The translations under genes and the position numbers were made by a program. A stretch of 64,000 nucleotides of DNA from Candidatus Magasanikiibacteriota bacterium. GTDB taxonomy: Bacteria; Patescibacteriota; Patescibacteriia; Magasanikbacterales; GWA2-37-8. Location: NCBI GenBank assembly GCA_963802255.1, contig CAWDHY010000001.1, forward strand, positions 555,842-619,841, read 5' to 3'. Of this stretch, positions 31,047-41,148 are shown piece after piece. How positions within the stretch are numbered: the first letter of the stretch is position 1; every line of letters starts with the position of its first letter. The notes under the pieces are model-generated. The model saw nothing but the letters and a program-made list of their open reading frames with translations, did not search any database and had not been told where the DNA came from.

Positions 31047-32396
31047 ATGGAGTACCCCGGGAGTAAAATAACCAAACCGGTCCGCAACACAATATTAGCT
31101 GTTTTTATAGCTCTTTTTTTTGTAATTTCACCGGCAATAATAATGTATACAAGCGGTTATAGATATGACCTGAAACGCGGCCTTTTACGCGAAACAGGTG
31201 CAATAAATATTGACATCGAACCAAGAAATTCCGACATTTATTTGAATGGCATAAAAATTAAACGCGCAATGCCTGCCCGACTAAACGATCTGGTTCCCGG
31301 AAAATACAATATTTTAATTACAGCGCCGGGATATTTTGATTGGCAAAAAGAAATTGAAGTAAAAAATAAACAAACCGTTTACATTAAAGAAGTGTCCATA
31401 TTGAAAAAAAATGAACCTGAATATATAACTGACGGTACAATCCGCAACTTGTCTCTTTCTTACGACGGAGCGTATCTTGCCTATATCAGGCAAGCTGTCG
31501 ACGGGGAAGAAATATGCGTAAGAAATATTGCCAACCAATCCGAAGAAATTTTGTATAAATTTCCCGCCAATAAAAGTGCCACTTATGTTTGGGCCCCGGG
31601 AAGCGACCATATGGCCATAAGCAACGCCGAAGCGCCGTACGACACACTGATAATAGTAAACACTAAAAATATTGATAAAAAAATGGATGTAATGGCTGTA
31701 ACAAAATATCCCATAGATAAATACATGTGGAAAGAATCGTCAAATGCTGAACTGTATTTTGGCACAAAACTTCGGTTAATGTCTGTTTTACCGGAAACCG
31801 AACAAAAATTTATACTTAGCAAAACCAACTGGATTGATTGGTATATGGAAAATGGTCAGCTCTGGACAATACAAAGATCTACTTCAACATCTCAAATCTC
31901 AATAATTCGTGATGCTCTCGGGTTTAGCTCAGTCTTTGCCGGAGAAACTATTTTTTCGGCCACCGAACAAAATTTAAATATATTAGCGGGTAAAGATAAC
32001 CAGGTGTTATTAAAGAATGACGGAAAGCCAGAAATGATTTTGGTGACAAAAGACACCAAATATAATTTTTCAGGTGAAAAATTTTTCATTTCAAAATTTA
32101 ACGACTGGTGGTTATTTTGGACACCCTGGGAAATATGGACCTACTTAAAAGGCGAAGAGCCGAATTTGCTGAATCGTTCCGGCGAAGGATTGCGCAATGT
32201 GCTGACATTGGATCAATATAATACTCTAGCTCTAATCTGGGACAATAAATCAACGGCTCTTTATCCTTATTACCTGGTGACTCATGATTTAACGAATGCC
32301 AGTGTAAATTCAGGGACTGCTGATATTAAAAACCGCGTATTTTATTTTTCAGCTAAGGTCGGCGAACGGGAAGGGCTTTGGAAGTTAAATTATTAA
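31047..32396 (+). CDS. PEGA-domain membrane-anchored protein with beta-propeller-like C-terminus
   Basis: TM, then TGAINIDIEP..IYLNG..LVPGKYNILITAPGYFDW. Confidence 0.8.
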   Translation: MEYPGSKITKPVRNTILAVFIALFFVISPAIIMYTSGYRYDLKRGLLRETGAINIDIEPRNSDIYLNGIKIKRAMPARLNDLVPGKYNILITAPGYFDWQKEIEVKNKQTVYIKEVSILKKNEPEYITDGTIRNLSLSYDGAYLAYIRQAVDGEEICVRNIANQSEEILYKFPANKSATYVWAPGSDHMAISNAEAPYDTLIIVNTKNIDKKMDVMAVTKYPIDKYMWKESSNAELYFGTKLRLMSVLPETEQKFILSKTNWIDWYMENGQLWTIQRSTSTSQISIIRDALGFSSVFAGETIFSATEQNLNILAGKDNQVLLKNDGKPEMILVTKDTKYNFSGEKFFISKFNDWWLFWTPWEIWTYLKGEEPNLLNRSGEGLRNVLTLDQYNTLALIWDNKSTALYPYYLVTHDLTNASVNSGTADIKNRVFYFSAKVGEREGLWKLNY

Positions 32397-32409
32397 TTGA
32401 ATCTGATAA

Positions 32410-32823
32410 ATGAATATGAAACTTATTATTTTTTCCGACGGCGGGGCCAGGGGCAATCCCGGACCGGCGGCTACCGGGATTGTAATTAAAAATGAGACAG
32501 GAAAAATTGTAACATCATTTGGCGAGTATTTAGGCGAGCAAACCAATAATTACGCCGAATACTCTGCTTTAATAGCCGGACTCAAAAAAGCCAAAGAGCT
32601 CGGAGCAAATGATGTTGAATGCGTTTTGGATTCCGAACTTGTCGTCAAGCAAATGCAACGGGAGTACAAAGTGAAGGAACCGACTTTGCAAAAAAAATTT
32701 ATTGAAGCGTATAATGCCGCCATGCAATTTAAAAAAGTTGTCTTCCGGCATACTTTGCGCGAAGGCAACAAAGAGGCTGATGCAATACTAAACAAAATTT
32801 TAGACGAAATGAAAATAAAATGA
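32410..32823 (+). CDS. rnhA: Ribonuclease HI family protein
   Basis: DGGARGNPGPA, TNNYAEY, DSELVVKQ, REGNKEAD. Confidence 0.9.
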   Translation: MNMKLIIFSDGGARGNPGPAATGIVIKNETGKIVTSFGEYLGEQTNNYAEYSALIAGLKKAKELGANDVECVLDSELVVKQMQREYKVKEPTLQKKFIEAYNAAMQFKKVVFRHTLREGNKEADAILNKILDEMKIK

Positions 32824-32840
32824 TTTATTAAAAAACGAGC

Positions 32841-33938
32841 CTAGAGCTCGTTTTTTAATTCTTCCAACAACTGTTTTGTTTTTTTACTGATTTTTTTTGG
32901 TACTCGTATTTTCACGCGAACATAATGGTCTCCCCTGCCCGACCGGCCCAGATGAATAATTCCACGCCCTTTAAGACGAATTAACTGACCTGACTCGGTT
33001 CCCTCAGGTACAATCACAGTCAAGTCGCCATCCAAAGTTGGTACCTGAATTTTATCGCCGAGCGCGGCTTGAGTAAAATTTATTTCGGATTCCGTGTAAA
33101 CATCAAAATTTTCGCGATGAAAAAGTTTTTGTGGTTTAATATGAACGCGAACATACAAGTCTCCGGCCGGCGCGCCATGTGGAGCGGCTTCACCATGTCC
33201 TGACAAACGAATTGCCTCACCGTCGTCAATGCCGGCAGGTATTTTAACTTTAATTGCCGATGTCTTTGACAAAACGCCATCACCTCCGCAATGTTTGCAT
33301 TTTGCCGACGGTTTCTGCCCACGCCCGTGGCATTCCGGACATGTCGTAACCGTTTGCATTACGCCTAAAAATGTTCTCTGCTGTTGTACAACTTGTCCTT
33401 GACCACGGCAAGCCGAACAAGTATCCATCTTGCTACCCGGTTCCGAACCGCTACCATGACAAACATCACATTTTGACTGCTTACGCAAAGAAATTTCTTT
33501 TTCAATACCAAATGCCGCTTCTTTAAAATCTAATTCCGCATCAACCTGAATATCACGGCCGCGGCCTTGTCCTCTTCCGCCGCCGAATGATGACCCGCCC
33601 TGAGATGAAAAACCGAAAATATCGCCAAATATATCTCCAAGGTCAATTCCGCCGGAAAAACCACTCTGTCCACCGCGCGCCGCGCGCATAAAATCATCCC
33701 AGCTGGCACCGCCAAAACCGCCCTGCTGTTCAAAATCAGCACCAAATTGATCGTATTTGGCTCTTTTTTCAGCGTTACCGACCACCTGAAAGGCTTCATT
33801 AATCTCTTTGAATTTTTTTTCATCTCCTCCCGGCCGGTCCGGATGATACTGCATGGCCAATTTTTTAAAGGCCTTTTTTATTTCATCCTGAGTCGCTGAT
33901 TTATCCACCCCAAGTAATTTATAATAATCCTTTGACAT
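32841..33938 (-). CDS. dnaJ: Chaperone DnaJ
   Basis: J domain with HPD, G/F region, four CxxCxGxG repeats. Confidence 0.97.
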   Translation of the reverse strand: MSKDYYKLLGVDKSATQDEIKKAFKKLAMQYHPDRPGGDEKKFKEINEAFQVVGNAEKRAKYDQFGADFEQQGGFGGASWDDFMRAARGGQSGFSGGIDLGDIFGDIFGFSSQGGSSFGGGRGQGRGRDIQVDAELDFKEAAFGIEKEISLRKQSKCDVCHGSGSEPGSKMDTCSACRGQGQVVQQQRTFLGVMQTVTTCPECHGRGQKPSAKCKHCGGDGVLSKTSAIKVKIPAGIDDGEAIRLSGHGEAAPHGAPAGDLYVRVHIKPQKLFHRENFDVYTESEINFTQAALGDKIQVPTLDGDLTVIVPEGTESGQLIRLKGRGIIHLGRSGRGDHYVRVKIRVPKKISKKTKQLLEELKNEL

Positions 33939-33940
33939 AA

Positions 33941-35854
33941 TTATTTAACCACTTCTCCCTCAATCGGCCCTTGATCACCGCTTTTATCATCATCTGTTTT
34001 TTGACCGCTATTTTCTGAAGTTTGACCGGTACCGTCGGTTTTTTGTCCGGCAGAATACATTTTTACTCCGACTGCTTGTGCCGACTTTGACAAAGCGTCA
34101 CAGGCTTTTTTAATAGCCTCAACATCATCTTTATCTTTCACATCCTTAACCCATTTTAGCCCTTCATCAACATTTTTCTTTTCGTCATCAGTAATGGCAA
34201 CTTTCTTTTCTTCAACTTCTTTCATCATTTTTTCAGTCGTATAAATCATTGTATCAGCAATATTTTTTACTTCAATCAACTCCTGTTTTTTCTTGTCGTC
34301 AGTCGCATGTGCTTCCGCTTCCTTCTTCATTCTTTCCACTTCTTCTTTAGAAAGGCCGGAAGAAGCCTCGATGCGAATTGACTGTTCTTTATTAGTCGCC
34401 TTATCTTTTGCTTTGACATTCAAAATTCCATTTGCGTCAATATCAAATGTTACCTCAACTTGAGGTACACCGCGTGGAGCCGGTGGAATTCCATCAAGCA
34501 TGAAACGACCGAGAGTTTTATTGTCACCAACCATTGGCCTTTCTCCCTGCAAAACGTGAATTTCCACACCAGGCTGATTATCAGCCGCTGTGGAAAATAT
34601 TTGCGTTTTCGAAGTCGGTATGGTCGTGTTCCGATCAATAAGTTTGGTCATCACACCACCCAAAGTCTCCAGTCCGAGCGACAATGGAGTGACATCCAAT
34701 AATAGTATGTCTTTCACTTCACCCTTGAGCACGCCGCCTTGCACGCCGGCGCCAATTGCTACAACCTCATCAGGATTCACTGTAATATTTGGCTTTTTTC
34801 CAAAAAACTTTTCAACAACAGATAAAACTAACGGCATACGGGTCATTCCGCCAACTAAAACTATTTCTTCTATATCAGAGGCCTTTAATTTAGAGTCTTC
34901 AAGCGCTTTACGAACCGGTTCCAATGTTTTATCAACCAAATCACCGACTAATTCTTCGAGTTTTGACCGTGTCAGTTTCATCACTAAATGTTTTGGCCCT
35001 GATGCGTCAGAAGTGATAAACGGCTGATTAATCTCACTTTCCTGAGCTGTGGATAACTCAATTTTCGCTTTTTCAGCCGCTTCCTTAATACGTTGTAAAG
35101 CTAAATTGTCCTGGCTCAAATCAATGCCTTGTTCCTTTTTGAATTCATCGATAATCCAGTTAATCAGGACCTGGTCAAAATCATCACCGCCTAAATGAGT
35201 ATCTCCGTTGGTTGAAAGAACTTGTACATTATCAGGAGCAACTTCAAGAATGGAAATATCAAAAGTGCCGCCGCCCAAATCATACACTGCAATCTGCTGA
35301 TTTGTCTTTTTGTCAAAACCATAAGCTAACGCCGCCGCAGTCGGCTCGTTAATTACACGAAGCACGTTCAAGCCGGCAATTTCACCGGCATCTTTTGTCG
35401 CTTTTCGCTGGGAATCGTCAAAGTATGCCGGAACAGTAATAACGGCATCCGTAATTTTTTCGCCGATTCGTTCTTCAGCGTCCGCTTTCATTTTTCCCAA
35501 TATCATGGCTGAGATTTCCTGAGGAGAATATTCTTTTCCCTGCATCAGCACCTTTACACCTTCGCCGGCCTGCACAATTTTAAAAGGCATTAATTTCAAG
35601 TCTCTCTGAACTTCTGCGTCATCCCATCTTCGGCCAATCAGACGCTTAATTGAATACAGCGTATTTTCAGGATTGGTTACAGCCTGACGCTTTGCTAATT
35701 GTCCAACCAGCCGTTCGCCTGATTTTGAAATTGCCACAATCGACGGAGTGGTCCGCGCCCCTTCCTTATTTTCCAATACTTTCGGCTGACCTCCCTCAAT
35801 AATCGCCATACATGAATTAGTTGTTCCGAGATCAATTCCAAGTACTTTAGACAT
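33941..35854 (-). CDS. dnaK: Chaperone DnaK
   Basis: [34 protein letters not shown]; start MSKVLG. Confidence 0.99.
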   Translation of the reverse strand: MSKVLGIDLGTTNSCMAIIEGGQPKVLENKEGARTTPSIVAISKSGERLVGQLAKRQAVTNPENTLYSIKRLIGRRWDDAEVQRDLKLMPFKIVQAGEGVKVLMQGKEYSPQEISAMILGKMKADAEERIGEKITDAVITVPAYFDDSQRKATKDAGEIAGLNVLRVINEPTAAALAYGFDKKTNQQIAVYDLGGGTFDISILEVAPDNVQVLSTNGDTHLGGDDFDQVLINWIIDEFKKEQGIDLSQDNLALQRIKEAAEKAKIELSTAQESEINQPFITSDASGPKHLVMKLTRSKLEELVGDLVDKTLEPVRKALEDSKLKASDIEEIVLVGGMTRMPLVLSVVEKFFGKKPNITVNPDEVVAIGAGVQGGVLKGEVKDILLLDVTPLSLGLETLGGVMTKLIDRNTTIPTSKTQIFSTAADNQPGVEIHVLQGERPMVGDNKTLGRFMLDGIPPAPRGVPQVEVTFDIDANGILNVKAKDKATNKEQSIRIEASSGLSKEEVERMKKEAEAHATDDKKKQELIEVKNIADTMIYTTEKMMKEVEEKKVAITDDEKKNVDEGLKWVKDVKDKDDVEAIKKACDALSKSAQAVGVKMYSAGQKTDGTGQTSENSGQKTDDDKSGDQGPIEGEVVK

Positions 35855-35867
35855 AAAAAATTTTGAT

Positions 35868-36293
35868 TTATTTTTTAACAACTTTAACATCAACTTTTTT
35901 TGTTTTGGTTGATAGAGCTTTCGGGCATGTAATTTTTAATACTCCGTTCTTAAATTCAGCCGAAACCTTATCTTCTAAAACCGGTGCCGGTAAGGCAAGA
36001 ACCCGATAAAATGAGCCGCTTCGTACTTCTTTCCGGTAATAATTTTTTTCCTCAACCTCATGCTCTTTTTTTGTTTCTCCCTTAAGCGTCAGCACGCCTT
36101 TTTCCACACTCACGGAGACATCCTCCGGCCGCATGCCGGCAAGTGGTGCTTCTACCACGACGGTCTTCTCATCTTCGTATATATCCACCGGCGGCACAAA
36201 AGCTTTTAACGACGGATTTACTGCCGGCAGGCGCATCGTATCGTCAAACTCGGCAAAAGGGTCCCAAATTGGAGACCAACGGATTAATGACAT
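35868..36293 (-). CDS. Hsp20/alpha-crystallin small heat shock protein
   Basis: [34 protein letters not shown]. Confidence 0.95.
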   Translation of the reverse strand: MSLIRWSPIWDPFAEFDDTMRLPAVNPSLKAFVPPVDIYEDEKTVVVEAPLAGMRPEDVSVSVEKGVLTLKGETKKEHEVEEKNYYRKEVRSGSFYRVLALPAPVLEDKVSAEFKNGVLKITCPKALSTKTKKVDVKVVKK

Positions 36294-36351
36294 AAAATTT
36301 CTCCGATTATTCCATAGCCGGATGGTTATGGAATAAATAAAATATTAAAAT

Positions 36352-37236
36352 TTATTTTCCCACCAAAACCCTCGCCGCTTTGATCACCCTATCACCCATT
36401 TTGAAACCGGCAGATATTTCTTTTGTTATTTTATCTCCTTTTTCACCGGACACCTCTTCGTAGCCAACCGCTTCATGTAACCTCGGGTCAAATTTTTCCC
36501 CTACGGTTTTTATTTCTTCCACATTATGGGCTTTAAATATATCGGCAAACTGTTTTAGCACGTGTCTAACTCCATCCAACCATGCATTATTCTCTCCTAC
36601 TGTCTGATCATTATTAATAGCCAATTTTAAATGCTCATATACCGGAATAAACTCTTCCAAAATTTGCTGTTCGCTCATTTGCGCCCATTCTGCACGCCGT
36701 AAAACAATTTCTTTCTGCAAATTCTGATAATCAGCCAATGCTCTTTGCCAATTGATTTTTAATTCATCAACCTCATTAGACGCATTTTTATCCTCAAAAT
36801 GTTTAATATAAAAATTAATTGTTGCAGCGGTAAAGGAGTCAATTTTATATTTCTTATTTGTTAAAGCTTCCCGCGGATCCTCCCAAACCCATTCACTCAT
36901 TTCTCTGCTTATTTTTAGCTCACCACCGCACATATGAACAGCATAATCCAAAAAAATAAAATGAGCTTTGCGGTGAAACATTTTTGGTGCATTCGCTTCC
37001 TGAAAACCGATATATTCAACCTGGTCGACTTCTAACCCGGTCTCCTCTAAGATTTCGCGCTTAACAGTGTCTTCACAAGATTCACCGAGCTCAACATGCC
37101 CGCCGGGAATATGCCAGCGTTCACCCCACTTGGACGAACGTATTAGAAGCACTTTTCCCTCATCATTATATATTAGCGCGCCGACAGTCGGCTCCGGATA
37201 TGTTTGTTTCCATTCTGGATTATATTCAGCAGGCAT
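36352..37236 (-). CDS. grpE: NUDIX hydrolase-GrpE fusion
   Basis: N-terminal Nudix box GGHVELGESCEDTVKREILEETGL; C-terminal RALADYQNL, FDPRLHEAV, GFKMGDRVIKAARVLV. Confidence 0.9.
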   Translation of the reverse strand: MPAEYNPEWKQTYPEPTVGALIYNDEGKVLLIRSSKWGERWHIPGGHVELGESCEDTVKREILEETGLEVDQVEYIGFQEANAPKMFHRKAHFIFLDYAVHMCGGELKISREMSEWVWEDPREALTNKKYKIDSFTAATINFYIKHFEDKNASNEVDELKINWQRALADYQNLQKEIVLRRAEWAQMSEQQILEEFIPVYEHLKLAINNDQTVGENNAWLDGVRHVLKQFADIFKAHNVEEIKTVGEKFDPRLHEAVGYEEVSGEKGDKITKEISAGFKMGDRVIKAARVLVGK

Positions 37237-37240
37237 AGTT

Positions 37241-37930
37241 TTATTTTATAAAATTATAGACGGCATTTATCACAGCCAGGTTTTTTTTATAATTCATGCG
37301 CGTTGGCCCTAAAATAATAAATAACCCATCTTTCGTTTTTCCTAAACGGCTCGCGACGACGCTTAAATAATTACCAAATGGGTGCTCGCTGCCGATAAAA
37401 ATACTGGGATCAGCCTTAACTTTACCGACAAATTTATCCAAACAATCTTCACACCGGTCAAACATCTTTGATGTGCTGATAACCATGTCCGTATTAACAA
37501 ATTCCGGTTTCTCAAATAAATTTGAAAAACCCGTGTAATAGACTTTATCCAGAGTAAACGCAACAATAATCGCCTCACGTGAAATATTTGCCGATTCTTT
37601 TGCCACCGCTTTACATGAGGATTCATATTCTTTATATCCTCTAAAAGCGCTTTCTATCCCTAAGAATTCTTTGTTTGTAATTTTAACTTTATCTTTTTGA
37701 AAGGCCTCCACATAAAAACGGTAGCCAAGCTCAGTGGGTATGCGGCCGGCTGAAGTATGCGGATGAGTTAGATATCCGGCTTCTTCTAGGGCGCGCAAGT
37801 CATTTCTGACTGTCGCTTCACTCCAGCCAATTTTTTCCTCATATGCCAAAAATTTTGAACCGACCGGCACAGCCGTTTCGATAAAATTTTCTATTACTAA
37901 GTTAAGCAGTTCTTTTTGGCGATTTTCCAT
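37241..37930 (-). CDS. hrcA: Heat-inducible repressor HrcA (short form)
   Basis: PVGSK, SEATVRND, HPHTSAGRIPT, ILGPTRMNY. Confidence 0.92.
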   Translation of the reverse strand: MENRQKELLNLVIENFIETAVPVGSKFLAYEEKIGWSEATVRNDLRALEEAGYLTHPHTSAGRIPTELGYRFYVEAFQKDKVKITNKEFLGIESAFRGYKEYESSCKAVAKESANISREAIIVAFTLDKVYYTGFSNLFEKPEFVNTDMVISTSKMFDRCEDCLDKFVGKVKADPSIFIGSEHPFGNYLSVVASRLGKTKDGLFIILGPTRMNYKKNLAVINAVYNFIK

Positions 37931-37973
37931 ATATGATTACAAGGAAGTAGTATGATTATCCGACACGCACGTA

Positions 37974-38000
37974 TTATCACTCTTCTACTTCGAGTGATAA
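37974..38000. promoter_or_regulatory. Variant CIRCE operator
   Basis: TTATCACTC-N9-GAGTGATAA versus consensus TTAGCACTC-N9-GAGTGCTAA, upstream of hrcA. Confidence 0.85.
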
Positions 38001-38027
38001 TATACCAGAGCCTATCCACAGTGTCAA
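37999..38027 (-). promoter_or_regulatory. sigma70 promoter of the hrcA-dnaK operon
   Basis: TTGACA-N17-TATATT, with the -10 abutting the CIRCE. Confidence 0.75.
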
Positions 38028-38066
38028 CCCCGTTAAATGCCGACATTCTATTATAATTTATAATAT

Positions 38067-38095
38067 AAAAGCGGCCTGAAGACCGGCCGCTTTTT
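38067..38095 (-). terminator. Terminator after the small orphan ORF
   Basis: AAAAGCGGCC-N8-GGCCGCTTTT. Confidence 0.7.
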
Positions 38096-38128
38096 AGTAA
38101 AAACCCTCTCACAGCTTCGCTCCTAACC

Positions 38129-38260
38129 TCAGTTATCTATATCTTCACCGGATATTTTCTCGATAATAATGACCGCGACCCCCATAGCTATGATCAGAGT
38201 CAGAAAGAGCAACGAAAGACACTCACTTTTAGCAGAGTCTTTTGTCCGGAACATGTACAT
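38129..38260 (-). CDS. Small 43-aa single-TM orphan protein
   Basis: MYMFRTKDSAKSECLSLLFLTLIIAMGVAVIIIEKISGEDIDN*; AAGGAGG SD, TTGACT-N17-TATAGT promoter (38324-38296), downstream terminator. Confidence 0.6.
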   Translation of the reverse strand: MYMFRTKDSAKSECLSLLFLTLIIAMGVAVIIIEKISGEDIDN

Positions 38261-38356
38261 GCACCCCTCCTTTTGTAAATGGTTGCTTCGCAAATACTAT
38301 ATCAACAGCCACTATTCAAGTCAATAAAAAATCCACCATTTCTGGTGGAATATTTT

Positions 38357-38935
38357 TTAATCCTTGCCGCTTATAATCTGTATCTCGCTAAGCAGCACAT
38401 TTTCAACATATATTCCGCGGGGATAAAAAATACTTTCCAACTCCTGCTTAAGCTGTTCTTCAACTTCGTCTCTTCGCGCGCCAACAATATCCTGATAATT
38501 AAATCTGGAAAAAACCATACGAATACGGCTGCGTATGGTAGGTCTGACAATTTTTTCAACAAAATCTTCACCAATCGTTTGCCAAATAAGCGGCACCTGG
38601 TGTACGTCAAGGCGTAACAATATCGTTCCCTCTGTTCCGATGCGCTTCCCGTCCATTGTAATCGCGGCGATCGGTATATCGCCGAGGGCTCTCGGCTGTT
38701 CTGAATTAAACTGGCGTGAAATACTATACTCTAATGTTTGAGTATTAAATAATTTTGCTTTCTGCCAAAAAGGTATTTTCAAATGCAAACCCGGTGTCAT
38801 CACTTTTTTTAAAACACCACGGCCTAAATCGTAAACACAAGCCACGTATCCGGGTGGAACATGAATAAAAAAACCCTTGAGGACATCCTCAACAACGAAG
38901 CTATACATTAATTTATCCAATGAATCTCCGGCCAT
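38357..38935 (-). CDS. SPFH/Band 7 (prohibitin-like) domain protein
   Basis: VPPGYVACV..PGLHLKIPFWQ, IVRPTIRSRIR, GIYVENVLL. Confidence 0.85.
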   Translation of the reverse strand: MAGDSLDKLMYSFVVEDVLKGFFIHVPPGYVACVYDLGRGVLKKVMTPGLHLKIPFWQKAKLFNTQTLEYSISRQFNSEQPRALGDIPIAAITMDGKRIGTEGTILLRLDVHQVPLIWQTIGEDFVEKIVRPTIRSRIRMVFSRFNYQDIVGARRDEVEEQLKQELESIFYPRGIYVENVLLSEIQIISGKD

Positions 38936-38936
38936 A

Positions 38937-39653
38937 TTAAGTCTTTGTTACGGCAATTTCTGACCCTTTTGGCACGGGAAAAATGACCAATCGGGCAAGC
39001 GTCAATATATCAGAAAATACCATACTTGTCAAGATAAAGAGCGACTTAGCCATCGGCAAAAACCATAGCGCCGCAAACACAAAAAGTGGAAATAAAACGA
39101 GAAAAATCGCTTCTGATCTTTCCCATGATTTATCGGCAATTTTTTGAATGATAATTAAGATAAATAAATACATCGCTACTATCCCCGCCCACAATAAATC
39201 ATGCCTTTGCCCGATATTATGTCCAAAAAAATCATTATTAATAGCACCAGGAAAATTAACCGAATCGTAAAGCAGTTTTACCAAACGCTCTCCAAAAATA
39301 CCGCTTATAAACACCTGATAAAGTAATACTAATACCAATGCTTGGATACCGAGTACCAGCACTTTCGCCCATGGAGAAATCCTGTTCTTTTTCATTATTT
39401 TTCTATATTCTTCGTTTCTCGCAACAGCGTCATTTTTAAACATTTCAACCGCTTTTTTCGCTTCAAGCTCTACTCGCTGTTGGCGCATCGCGTCGCGCTG
39501 AGAAATTATAGACAGAGGCAAAAGCGCCGTTCGTAAAAAAACGGTAAGAATTATAACCGCCCAACCCATATTCTGGCCGGACAAATTGTTATAAATCCAA
39601 ACCAATGCATTTAAAAGCGGCTGGTATAAATAAGAAAACCAAAAATCAGGCAT
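38937..39653 (-). CDS. yidC: YidC/Oxa1 family membrane insertase (short)
   Basis: LYQPLLNAL, MGWAVIILTVFLRTALLPL, coiled region, multiple TMs. Confidence 0.8.
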   Translation of the reverse strand: MPDFWFSYLYQPLLNALVWIYNNLSGQNMGWAVIILTVFLRTALLPLSIISQRDAMRQQRVELEAKKAVEMFKNDAVARNEEYRKIMKKNRISPWAKVLVLGIQALVLVLLYQVFISGIFGERLVKLLYDSVNFPGAINNDFFGHNIGQRHDLLWAGIVAMYLFILIIIQKIADKSWERSEAIFLVLFPLFVFAALWFLPMAKSLFILTSMVFSDILTLARLVIFPVPKGSEIAVTKT

Positions 39654-39658
39654 AACCG

Positions 39659-40240
39659 TCAGATACTATAAGTGAATAAACTGGTAATGGCAAAGGCAAT
39701 AGCGACATAGAATGCTCCCCGGGAAACAGGCAAAAGAGCGTCCAGGTTAAATACTAATGCCAGAAGCAAGAATACGACACCCGCAACCTGCAACAGCATT
39801 TTTGTTTTACCCCAAAAATTTGATTGCACTTCGCCTCCGCTTTGTTTTTTAAAAAGCGCAGCAGTAATAATTATGCTTTCCAGAATAATGATGATCCAAG
39901 CGGCATAAAAATCAACATATTTCAAAACCAGTATAAAAACCGTAGTACAAATAAGCAGTTTGTCCGCTAGCGGATCATACATTTTGCCCCATTCCGTAAT
40001 CTGATCGCGCGTGCGGGCTAAAGCGCCGTCAATCGCGTCAGTTAGCGCGGCAATTAAAAACAATACCAAACCTATCCAGTAATTACCCTGCCATAAAAAA
40101 AACGCAATCCATGGCACCATTAAAAAACGCAAAACAGTAACATAATTCGGCCTGACTTTTTTGGGTATCAGGCGTAAAATCGTTTTTTTAAACACCTTAT
40201 CAAAGAAGAACAATTTCGGTATTTGATGCTCTTCTGTCAT
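39659..40240 (-). CDS. pgsA: CDP-alcohol phosphatidyltransferase (PgsA-like)
   Basis: PNYVTVLR, TDAIDGALAR..T.WGKMYDPLADK. Confidence 0.85.
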   Translation of the reverse strand: MTEEHQIPKLFFFDKVFKKTILRLIPKKVRPNYVTVLRFLMVPWIAFFLWQGNYWIGLVLFLIAALTDAIDGALARTRDQITEWGKMYDPLADKLLICTTVFILVLKYVDFYAAWIIIILESIIITAALFKKQSGGEVQSNFWGKTKMLLQVAGVVFLLLALVFNLDALLPVSRGAFYVAIAFAITSLFTYSI

Positions 40241-40242
40241 AA

Positions 40243-41016
40243 TTATTTCTCAATAATATCTACGGATTTAATGGCTACAGGATTTACAGGAGATGAATTT
40301 TCACCTCCGGCACTTTGTTTAACCGGTGCTTCAGCAATTTTATCCACAACATCAAGTCCTTCTGTTACATGGCCAAAAATTACATAATTTTTTGGCAAAG
40401 CGTAATCCTTATGCATAATAAAAAACTGACTGCCATTTGTATCAGGGCCGGAGTTTGCCATGGCAACCGTGCCTCTTAAATAATCACCATCAAATTCTTC
40501 ATCAGCAAAACGATAGCCTGGCCCTCCGGTTCCATTACCGTCCGGATCCCCTCCCTGGATCATAAAATTGCTGATAGTGCGATGAAAAATTGTGTTATCA
40601 TAAAAATTCTTTTTTGCCAAAAAAACAAAATTATTTACGGTAGCAGGCGTCATATCCGCAGTGAAACCAATGGTGATATCACCTGCCGTTGTATGAAGAA
40701 CCGCCGAATATTGTTTTCCTTCTTTGATGACAATTTGTGGCATATTTGAACTATTTGAATTAGCAGGATTTGACGGCGCTGATGCCGCATTTTCCTCCTG
40801 AATATTATTATTTGTATCAGTTGCCGCTTCTCCTGGGGCTGTTTTACCGCTTGAAATATCGTCGAGCCGGCTATTTAGCATTTTTTCTCCATCTTTAAAA
40901 TCTACTACTTCATCTTCTGTAGCAGCGCGTGGAGTTTCATATTTACCCTCAAAAAAAGCGCATCCGCATAGAAAAACAATGCTAAAGATAAGCAATATTG
41001 ACCATTTTTGTCCCAT
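40243..41016 (-). CDS. Cyclophilin-type peptidyl-prolyl isomerase, probable lipoprotein
   Basis: FHRTISNFMIQGGDP, AMANSGPDTNGSQFFI; LCGC lipobox. Confidence 0.92.
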   Translation of the reverse strand: MGQKWSILLIFSIVFLCGCAFFEGKYETPRAATEDEVVDFKDGEKMLNSRLDDISSGKTAPGEAATDTNNNIQEENAASAPSNPANSNSSNMPQIVIKEGKQYSAVLHTTAGDITIGFTADMTPATVNNFVFLAKKNFYDNTIFHRTISNFMIQGGDPDGNGTGGPGYRFADEEFDGDYLRGTVAMANSGPDTNGSQFFIMHKDYALPKNYVIFGHVTEGLDVVDKIAEAPVKQSAGGENSSPVNPVAIKSVDIIEK

Positions 41017-41148
41017 ATTTCTGTAAGATTAACTAATGTATCAACTATAATCTTATATCAAATATTAAAAAAAGAAAAGACCCGCCCACGCTTTATACAA
41101 GTATACTGGCGTTTGCGGGTCTTTGCCAAAAAACGACTTCGCGCTTTG

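Noticed and set aside
40339-40348. TTATCCACA DnaA-like box
   Set aside because: Single copy inside the PPIase coding sequence; no cluster suggesting oriC
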